Positions 50,870-64,000 of a stretch of DNA of 64,000 nucleotides are shown here, piece after piece (the first letter of the stretch is position 1; the number at the start of each line of letters is the position of its first letter). The position numbers and the translations under genes are program-made. Where the stretch lies: NCBI RefSeq assembly GCF_009914755.1, contig NC_060925.1; one strand, 5' to 3'. The notes under the pieces were generated by a model. That model was given only the letters and a program-made list of their open reading frames with translations, was not told where the DNA came from and made no database searches. The DNA is from the human T2T-CHM13v2.0 reference genome, Homo sapiens.

Positions 50870-51856
50870 TGATATTGAAAAGTAAGGATGTCTCAGAGTG
50901 CAGAATCAAGGGCCAGAGGGTACAGCCAGGAACCACTCCAAAGAGCAGAAGCAAGGCCAAATCAAGACACACTCTTCACTCCAAGAGAACCTGTAAACAT
51001 TTCTCCATTGGGATTTCAGAACTGTCATGAAACAGTGGCTGCTATGTGCCTCCTCTTATTGAATGGGAATCTTTATTGTGGTTGTTTTGTTCCTATTCAC
51101 CATTGCACATTGGGTATGTAGGGGAAGATAACATGTCTTTTTATTCTAAGGGCTTCAGACCAAAAGGAGATGCATCCAAGAAACCACTATAGACCTGATA
51201 TTGATCATAACATCCCGGATTTTGAACCTGATACTATGGTTGTATAAGACCTTGAAGAACCTTGAAAGGGTGAGAATGTGTCTTGCATGTGGATAAGATG
51301 TAAATAATTCTGGCTAGAGGATATAAAATGATTGATTGCCAAATTGGCCTTCATTCTCCACTTTCCCTGTATCTACATCCTTTGCATGTGACTTTGAGGA
51401 CCCTCACATCATGAAGTGTGGTCTACTCCCACAGCCGTTGAATCTGGGCTTGTCTCATGCCTTGTTTTGGCCAACAGAATGCAGCATAAGTGACATGTGC
51501 CAGTTCTGAGCCTAGGCCTCAACATCCATACTTCTACTCTTGCACCTCTCCTTTGCCAGGAGAATAATCCTAGGATGGCTTGCTGGAGGATGAGGTGCTA
51601 TGTGGACCACAGCCAAGCAACTAAGTCCCCAGATATGTGAGAGAGCCCAGCTAAGATCAGCAAAGCCATCAGCACTGAGAGTCAGCACTCACTTGCTGCT
51701 GACTCTCAGTGCATGAACAAGCCCCCAGTGAGCCCAGATAAGCAGAACTGCTCAGCCAGCCATAATCATGTTGTCAAAAATACATGTTTATTATTGTATA
51801 TCACTGAGGTTTTTTGGTGGTTCATTATGTAGAATTATTGTGGAAATAACTGATCC
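50870..51856 (+). mobile_element. MLT1 (F/G/H-like) internal 3' end plus LTR (LTR about 51325-51856)
   Basis: GGATTTCAGAACTG..GCTGCTATGTGCCTCC internal motif; TTGAATCTGGGCT..TGGCCAACAGAATG..TGCCAGTTCTGAGCCTAGGCCTCAA LTR. Confidence 0.75.
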
Positions 51857-51859
51857 TTG

Positions 51860-53201
51860 GATTAAAATGCATCAGCAGAAATAAGAGGAACATATACAGA
51901 AGTGGATATTGAGGGTGTTATACTGGAGAAGAGGGGGCTGGGTAAGAAGAATATAAATGTGGTTCAGGGATAATTCTCTGATATGGGACCACTCATCTGT
52001 TCTTCAGGATTCAAAGCTCCAGCAAGGAACAATAGTTGTTCCTGAGAGCTTGCTGGAATGGCTCTTCAAAGACTGAATTTGACAATAGCTGACAGTAAAT
52101 GAAGTTGAAATGTGAGAATTTCTTGGGCACTGAAATAGAGAGATTAGAAGCCTTGGAGAGGTAGAAATGTCATTTAAAACCTGAGAACCTACCATATTTC
52201 CACATTCTCTTGAGAACCCAAAAGACACTTCCCTTGCTAAGACAGTAAGGAGTATACTGGTGAGAAGTTCAGCAGTGACTCTGCAAGCCAGAATTGGTGG
52301 TAGGACATACTGATATGAAATAAGATTCCCTAGTATCCATAAAGAAGATGAAATTTCAGAATAGCAGATCCCAGGTAGCAGCACTTAACTACTGAAGCAA
52401 GATAGATATAATTGTACCTTAATGGTCAGCAAGCTCAGAGCAGCAGTCAAGTTCCATAAGACATAGGGATTTAGAGTGAAAGTAACAGATCACAGTATTC
52501 TTAGGGGCAAGATTGATGGACAGCTCCTAAGACACTGGATAATTTCTGGTTATATAATAGGAAAAAAATGAAGAGATGATAACCTGAAGGCTCATAGCAG
52601 TTGCTCACAATGAAATATCACAGTTGCTCATCCAGTGTCCTGATCTAAATCTCTTCACAGGCCCAGAGCCCACTGATTGAGGACAAAGACAGGTCCCTTT
52701 GAGGATCAACCCTGTAACCACTGCACAGATATGTTCTAAATATTCTTTCCATCCTTCCCCCAAGAAGACTTGCAATCATTTGACAGAGTAACTACAAACT
52801 TCCAAACAAAGTGGAAAGGCCAGAATTTTTTTAAGGACAAGTGTACACAGGATCTCAGCTGTTTTTGCTACCAGCTGCTTTGGGCACTATGGTCCTCTGG
52901 TTATAACATAGGCTTATGGGGCTGGGCTCGGTAGCTCACGCCTGTAATCCCAGCACTTTGGGAGGCCAAGGAGGGTGGATCACAAGGTCAGGAGATCGAG
53001 ACCAGCCTGACTAACACGCTGAAACCCTGTCTCTACTAAAAATACAAAAAATTAGCCAGATGTGGTGGCACGTGCCTGTAGTTCCAGCTACTCAGGAGGC
53101 TGAGGCAGGAGAATCGCTTGAACCCGAGAGGGGGGGGGGTTGCAGTGAGCTGAGATCGCACCACTGCACTCCAGCCTGGGCAACAGAGTGAGACTCCATC
53201 T

Positions 53202-53246
<45 letters not shown>

Positions 53247-53526
53247 CCAAAAAAAACATAGACTTAATGGAAGCCAGGTAATAAATGGAGTTCTGGCCCA
53301 AGTCTGTCTCACAGTGACTCCACTGGGACTATGCAATTTTCAGCTGGCAGAATCCTCACACTGGTTCCCTCACCTAGAGAGTAAGAGTTATTATGGCAGG
53401 AAGAACAACATGAGAGCTCCTGAAACTGAAAGGCAGCAAATCAGAAGCTATATTGAATTATTGGAGGGACAGCCAAGATTATCCTCACCATCGAAAACCT
53501 GAAGGATGCAAGAGTGGTGAGCCTTG
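51860..53526 (+). mobile_element. ERVL internal region (gag/pro to RT start), left part
   Basis: CAGCTGGCAGAATCCTCACACTGGTTCCCT..GTAAGAGTTATTATGG; ends LKDARVVS, resembling ERVL LKDAGVVI. Confidence 0.7.
52920..53254 (+). mobile_element. AluS with (AC)19 in the tail
   Basis: Full dimer; (AC)n at 53205-53242; degenerate TSD AACATAGGCTTATGG / AACATAGACTTAATGG. Confidence 0.95.
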
Positions 53527-54426
53527 AAGATGGCCGAATAGGAACAGCTTCGTCTACAGCTCCCAGCATGAGCAATGCAGAAGACGGGTGATTTCTGCAT
53601 TTCCATCTGAGGTACTGGGTGGATCTCACTAGGGAGTGCCAGACAGTGGGCGCAGGTCAGTGGGTGCGTGCACCATGTGCGAGCCAAAGCAGGGCGAGGC
53701 ATTGCCTCACTCGGGAAGCGCAAGGGGTCAGGGAGTTCCCTTTCCTAGTCAAAGAAAGGGGTGACAGACGGCACCTGGAAAATCGGGTCACTCCCAACCG
53801 AATACTGCGCTTTTCCGACGGGCTTAAAAAACGGCGCACTAGGAGATTATATCCCACACCTGGCTCGGAGGGTCCTATGCCCACGGAGTCTCGCTGATTG
53901 CTAGCACAGCAGTCTGAGATCAAACTGCAAGGCGGCAGCGAGGCTGGGGGGGGGGGCGCCCGCCATTACCCAGGATTGATTAGGTAAACAAAGCAGCCAG
54001 GAAGCTCGAACTGGGTGGAGCCCACCACAGCTCAAGGAGGCCTGCCTGCCTCTGTAGGCTCCACCTCTGGGGGGCAGGGCACAGACAAACAAAAAGACAG
54101 CAGTAACCTCTGCAGACTTAAATGTCCCTGTCTGACAGCTTTGAAGAGAGCAGTGGTTCTCCCAGCAGGCAGCTGGAGATCTGAGAACAGGCAGACTGCC
54201 TCTTCAAGTGGGTCCCTGATCCCTGACCCTCGAGCAGCCTAACTGGGAGGCACCTCCCAGCAGGGGCAGACTGACACCTCACACGGCGGCGGGGCACTCC
54301 AACAGACCTGCAGCTGAGGGTCCTGTCTGTTAGAAGGAAAACTAACAAACAGAAAGGACATCCACACCAAAAACCCATCTGTACATCACCATCATCAAAG
54401 ACCAAAAGTAGATAAAAACCACAAAG

Positions 54427-55435
54427 ATGGGGAAAAAACAGAACAGAAAAACTGGAAACTCTAAAAAGCAGAGCGCCTCTCCTCCTCTAAATGAACACAG
54501 CTCCTCACCAGCAATGGAACAAAGCTGGATGGAGAATGACTTTGACGAGTTGAGAGAAGAAGGCTTCAGACGACCAAATTACTCCGAGCTATGGGAGGAC
54601 ATTCAAACCAAAGGCAAAGAAGTTGAAAACTTTGAAAAAAAATTTAGAAGAATGTATAACTAGAATAATCAACACAGAGAAGTGCTTAAAGGAGCTGATG
54701 GAGCTGAAAACCAAGGCTCGAGAGCTACGTGAAGAATGCAGAAGCCTCAGGAGCCAATGCGATCAACTGGAAGAAAGGGTATCAGTGATGGAAGATCAAA
54801 TGAATGAAATGAAGCCAGAAGGGAAGTTTAGAGAAAAAAGAATAAAAAGAAACGAGCAAAGCCTCCAAGAAATATGGGACTATGTGAAAAGACCAAATCT
54901 ACGTCTGATTGGTGTACCTGAAAGTGACGGGGAGAATGGAACCAAGTTGGAAAACACTCTGCAGGATATAATCCAGGAGAACTTCCCCAATCTAGGAAGG
55001 CAGGCCAACATTCAGATTCAGGAAATACAGAGAACGCCACAAAGATACTCCTTGAGAAGAGCAACTCCAAGACACATAATTGTCAGATTCACCAAAGTTG
55101 AAATGAAGGAAAAAATGTTAAGGGCAGCCAAAGAGAAAGGGTTACCCTCAAAGGGAAGCCCATCAGACTAACAGTGGATCTCTCGGCAGAAACTCTACAA
55201 GCCAGAAGAGAGTGGGGGCCAATATTCAACATTCTTAAAGAAAAGAATTTTCAACCCAGAATTTCATATCCAGCCAAACTAAGCTTCATAAGTGAAGGAG
55301 AAATAAAACACAGACAAGCAAATGCTGAGAGATTTTGTCACCACCAGGCCTGCCCTAAAAGAGCTCCTGAAGGAAGCGCTAAACATGGAAAGGAACAACC
55401 GGTACCAGCCACTGCAAAATCATGCCAAATTGTAA
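54427..55435 (+). pseudogene. L1b ORF1p, frameshifted
   Basis: MGKKQNRKTGNSK start; broken across several frames in the ORF track. Confidence 0.95.
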
Positions 55436-55498
55436 AGACCATCAAGGCTAGGAAGAAACTGCATCAACTAACGAGCAAAATAACCAGCAAACATCATA

Positions 55499-59325
<3,827 letters not shown>

Positions 59326-59560
59326 ACAATGAGAACACATGGACACAGGAAGGGGAACATCACACTCTGGGGCCTGTTGTGGGGTGTGGGGAGGGGGGCG
59401 GGATAGCATTGGGAGATATACCTAATGCTAGATGATGAGTTAGTGGGTGCATTGCACCAGCATGGCACATGTATACATATGTAACTAACTTGCACATTGT
59501 GCACATTTACCCTAAAACTTAAAGTATTAAAAAAAAAATAAAAAAGAGTGGTGAGCCTTG

Positions 59561-59940
59561 TTATAGCCTCATTCAATTCACCTATCTGACCTCTGTAAAA
59601 ACGAGATGGATGGTGACAGATAATGATGGACTAACATAAACATAACTAGATGATAGCCCAAACCATGGCTGCCATGTTGAATGCTGCATCTTTACAGGAA
59701 CAATCAACACAGACCCTGTCACTTTGAATGTGTTTGTCAATGTGATGAAAACATATCAATAGCCAAAAGCAAGGATCAAAACCAGTTTATCTTTACATAG
59801 CTTGTTTCAGGGTAAAGTTAATTGTCCTGCTTTCTGTGATAATATAGTCTACAGGGATCTTGATCATCTTGACACTTCACAGAACTTTGCCCTGACCCAG
59901 TACATGTATAAGATTATACCAACTGGATCTGGTTCACAGT
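59561..59940 (+). mobile_element. ERVL pol (RT) relic, right part
   Basis: Translates ASFNSPI*PL*KRDG and LFQGKVNCPAFCDNIVYRDLDHL..YMYKI, resembling ERVL SPFNSPIWPV.K.DG / LPQGYINSPALCHN..RDLD..YIDDI. Confidence 0.8.
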
Positions 59941-59982
59941 AGATGGTTGGCACAAAGATGCTTCAGTATAGAGCATCTTTTT

Positions 59983-61130
59983 CAGGTTTCTCAAACTTTT
60001 CAGGTATCAGAACTCTCTTTACACACAAAAATGACTAAAAACACCCAAGATTTTCTGTTCTTGTAGGTATTTACCTTATTAGAAATTAAATTAAGGTAAT
60101 TTAAAATATTTTTTAAATTCTTTAGATATAATAAACCCAATACATGTTAGCATAAACATATTTTAAGAGAAATGATCATATTTACAAAGAAAAAAATTTG
60201 TGAGAAAGTGTCATTGTTTTACATTTTTGGAAATCTATTTAATATCTGGCTTAATAGAAAATAGCTTTTATCTGCTTCTGCATTCAATATGTTGTTTTGA
60301 TTGAAGTCTGAAGTGTATGAAAAAAATGTGGCCTCACACAGATTTGCAGTTGGAAAGGGGAGGAGTTTTTTAATAGACTTTTCAGACAATTGTCAATATT
60401 CTTCATTGGTAAAATATACCAAAACACAATAAAAGATCATTTCTGTATGGTTAGTTGCAATGCAGAATCTGAAACCATACCAATAAGCTCTCCATATTCT
60501 GAAATATTAAAAATCATTTGCCCATCTTGCACTTTAAATGAAACTTTTACCTACGTATGATTTTGTAATAACCTTGGTTGCATTAATCAGGGCTCTCTAG
60601 AGAAACAGAACCAATATATAGATATAGATATAAAGAGATTTATTATGAGGAATTGGCTCATGCCATTGTAGAGGCTGAGAAGCACCATGATCTGCTGCCT
60701 GCAAGTTGAAGAACCAGGAAAGCCAGTGGTATAATTCCAGTCTGAATTCTAAGGCCTGAGAATCAGGGAAACCTATGTTATGAATACCAATAAATTGGAA
60801 AATATTGATTCTTTGAGCTATGCAGCTATTTCAAATATTGATGCATTTCAATATGCAACATCAACAAATCAAATTCATTAATATCCCAACCACTCTTAGG
60901 AAAATACAGAAATATGGGCTCAAGATGGGAGAAACAAGTTCTTCAGAATACTAATTTTTACTTGAAAGGTTAAATTTTATCATTGCTAATAAATACTGTC
61001 AGTTGTTTTCCTTGAAGTGACACACTCACTTTTTTTAATTTCAAGAACATATCTGTGAAATACCGAAGTATGAGGAACCATAGTTTGTCTGTCAATCGTT
61101 CTTTCAAATGAAAATGGTATTTCCTGAAAT
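59983..61130. mobile_element. Charlie1-type hAT DNA transposon fragment, interrupted by MLT2
   Basis: GTTTCTCAAACTTTT terminus; CATTGTTTTACATTTTTG..TCTGGCTTAATAGAA..TCTGCTTCTGCATTCAAT. Confidence 0.75.
60579..60770 (-). mobile_element. MLT2 (ERVL) LTR 3' fragment
   Basis: CAGGGCTCTCTAGAGAAACAGAACCAATA..GAGATTTATTATGAGGAATTGGCTCA..GAGGCTGAGAAG. Confidence 0.85.
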
Positions 61131-61179
61131 GCAGTTAGTGAACTGGCTAACTAGTTAGATTGCTCCCTCACACCTTACA

Positions 61180-61860
<681 letters not shown>

Positions 61861-61879
61861 CAATGTGGGTTTTTCCCTC

Positions 61880-62550
61880 CCTGGGTCATTTAGAACTGTG
61901 TTGCTTAATTTTCAAATATGGAGAGGTTTTTCAGATAATTTTCTACTACTAATGTCTAATTTAATTTCATAGTAGTCAGATAACATACTGTGTATGAAAT
62001 CAAGCTTTTTAAATTTACAGAAACTTGCTTTCTTGCCCAGCATATGGTTTATCTTGATAAAAATTTATGTGTGGTTGAAAATAATATAAATTTTTTGGAG
62101 GGATGAAATGTTCCACAAATGTCAATTAAATCAAGTTGGCTGACAGTGTTGTTCAGGTCTTCTATATACTTGGTGACTTTCTGTCAATTTCTTCTATCAA
62201 TTGTCAAAAAGCAAATGTTGAGGTTTCCAACTACAACTGTGTTTGCTTACTGCTTCATTTCTGTCAGTTTTTCCTCTGTGTATTTTGAAGTTCTGTTATT
62301 TGCCACATACACATTTAGAATTGTGATGTCTTTTTGATTAATTGCTCCCTATACTATTATGTGAAGCCTCTTTTTTATTCCTGGTTATATTCTTTATTTA
62401 AAATCTATTTGTCTGGTGCTAATATAGCCACTCTAGCTTTCTTAGAAGTGTCTGCATGATATGTCTTCTTCCATCTTGTATTTTTTACCCTATCTGTATC
62501 TTAAAGTGTATTTCTTATAGATAACATACAGTTGACTCTTGCTTTCCAAT
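61880..62550 (-). mobile_element. Old L1M ORF2 (endonuclease region) fragment
   Basis: Antisense GTGTTGTTCAGGTCTTCTATAT..GTATTTTGAAGTTCTGTTATT..AATATAGCCACTCTAGCTTTC. Confidence 0.75.
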
Positions 62551-62747
62551 CAACCTATAGATGACCAATACCAAATTAATCTGTGTTACTAAAAATCAAA
62601 AATTGTGTCTCCCTAGTCTCATTTGGGGTCGATACTATAATTCATCATAACTCAAATATATCAATGCCCAATATGTATATGAGGTAAAGACAATGACTCA
62701 TCATTAATAATGGCTAATAAACAGAGATATTTCTAACTAACACTTTC

Positions 62748-63225
62748 TTTTTTTTTTTTTTTTAAATTTATTTTTTTATTGATAATTCTTGGGTGTTTCT
62801 CACAGAGGGGGATTTGGCAGGGTCATGGGACAATAGTGGAGGGAAGGTCAGCAGATAAACAAGTGAACAAAGGTCTCTGGTTTTCCTAGGCAGAGGACCC
62901 TGCGGCCTTCCGCAGTGTTTGTGTCCCTGATTACTTGAGATTAGGGATTGGTGATGACTCTTAACGAGCATGCTGCCTTCAAGCATCTGTTTAACAAAGC
63001 ACATCTTGCACCGCCCTTAATCCATTTAACCCTGAGTGGACACAGCACATGTTTCAGAGAGCACAGGGTTGGGGGTAAGGTTATAGATTAACAGGATCCC
63101 AAGGCAGAAGAATTTTTCTTAGTGCAGAACAAAATGAAAAGTCTCCCATGTCTACTTCTTTCTACACAGACACGGCAACCATCCGATTTCTCAATCTTTT
63201 CCCCACCTTTCCCCCCTTTCTATTC
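62748..63225 (-). mobile_element. 5'-truncated SVA (SINE-R part only), SVA_F-like
   Basis: Poly(T) then TTCTTGGGTGTTTCTCACAGAGGGGGATTTGGCAGGGTCATGGGAC..CCCTGATTACTTGAGATTAGGGATTGG; TSD CTAACTAACACTTTC at 62733-62747 and 63266-63280. Confidence 0.96.
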
Positions 63226-63226
63226 A

Positions 63227-63269
63227 CTGGTTTCTCTTCAGACCGAATAAATCTTTCGCCTTTTACTAA
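63227..63269 (+). pseudogene. U5 snRNA 5' fragment (about nt 6-48), inverted relative to the SVA
   Basis: CTGGTTTCTCTTCAGACCGAATAAATCTTTCGCCTTTTACTAA vs recalled U5A CTGGTTTCTCTTCAGATCGCATAAATCTTTCGCCTTTTACTAA (41/43); includes loop 1 GCCTTTTAC. Confidence 0.93.
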
Positions 63270-63343
63270 CTAACACTTTCAATTATTTAAAACAAAAGGC
63301 AAGCAAAGTTCACAAAACTAAACTTGTTCAAAACATAGTTTCC

Positions 63344-63503
63344 ATATCATTAGGAGATATACCTAATGCTAAATGACGAGTTAATGGGTGCAGCACACCT
63401 GCATGGCCCATGTATATATATGTAACTAACCTGCACATTGTGCACATGTACCCTAAAACTTAAAGTATAATAGTAATAAAATAAAAATTAAAAAAAAAAC
63501 AAC
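63344..63503 (+). mobile_element. Short L1PA3/4-type 3' end
   Basis: CATTAGGAGATATACCTAATGCTAAATGACGAGTTAATGGG..tail; TSD AACATAGTTTCC at 63332-63343 and 63504-63515. Confidence 0.95.
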
Positions 63504-64000
63504 AACATAGTTTCCTTTATGACTCCCAGGATCTCAGGCCAGCTTAATCCATTTGACATACTGAATTAACACCTTAAGTGAGTCATTGCATTTTATAAAT
63601 CAATTGGACATCTAGCCTAACATGATTAAAGTTAATCTCATTGGTAATGTTGACTTTTAAAATTCTGATTATTGCCCTACTCCCCTGTTTCTCTGAGCTA
63701 TTTTAAAACTGTTTTATCTATCAATTGCTCTGCTGTATTTTGATGGTTAATGAAACAGAATTTAATACACTCAAGCCACGTCATCTAGGTCCGACCAACC
63801 ATGGTACCATCTCATGGGGAAAATGGCCTTAAACTGAGCTCATTTTGATACTTCAGTGAGAAAACCTGACTATCCTGGGGTTCATGATTCTTTATAACAA
63901 ATAGTCATTCCTAATGCAAATGTTATGTACCAAAAGTTTGCTTCATCTTCCCATAGTAGTGGTGTTAAAAATGGTGGCTAGTTTCCAAGGCTAGATCACA

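Noticed and set aside
59954-59982. Rho-independent terminator (stem plus T-run)
   Set aside because: Eukaryotic context; no bacterial features or CRISPR arrays anywhere in the window.
63227-63269. Functional U5 gene
   Set aside because: Only about 43 nt; no Sm site, 3' stem or snRNA promoter, and it lies within a TSD.

Overview
Human-type (hominid) non-coding genomic DNA with no supportable protein-coding host gene. I could not identify the locus. Nearly every long ORF in the track comes from LINE-1, Alu, LTR or SVA sequence. Bases 1-29 kb mix unique DNA with old MIR/L2/hAT/L1M relics, Alus and solo LTRs (MLT1, THE1, LTR9-type). Bases 29.3-59.5 kb are about 80% LINE-1: three full-length + strand elements (L1PA3/4-type, L1PB-type, L1PA2/3-type) and a tail-to-tail L1 fusion, plus an ERVL relic. 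Highlights: (1) a 5'-truncated SVA_F-type insertion fused in inverted orientation to a U5 snRNA 5' fragment inside one perfect 15-bp TSD, with the TSD end matching U5 at loop 1, which fits twin priming on two different RNAs; (2) two independently inserted full-length L1s about 24 kb apart that share at least 13 non-consensus substitutions in patches, including an endonuclease active-site change, which suggests repeated interlocus gene conversion; (3) the same pair brackets the ZNF93-escape deletion, and the older copy keeps an ORF0 open out into flanking DNA. Repeat subfamily calls come from remembered consensus diagnostics and need Dfam/RepeatMasker confirmation. Boundaries of old repeats are approximate.
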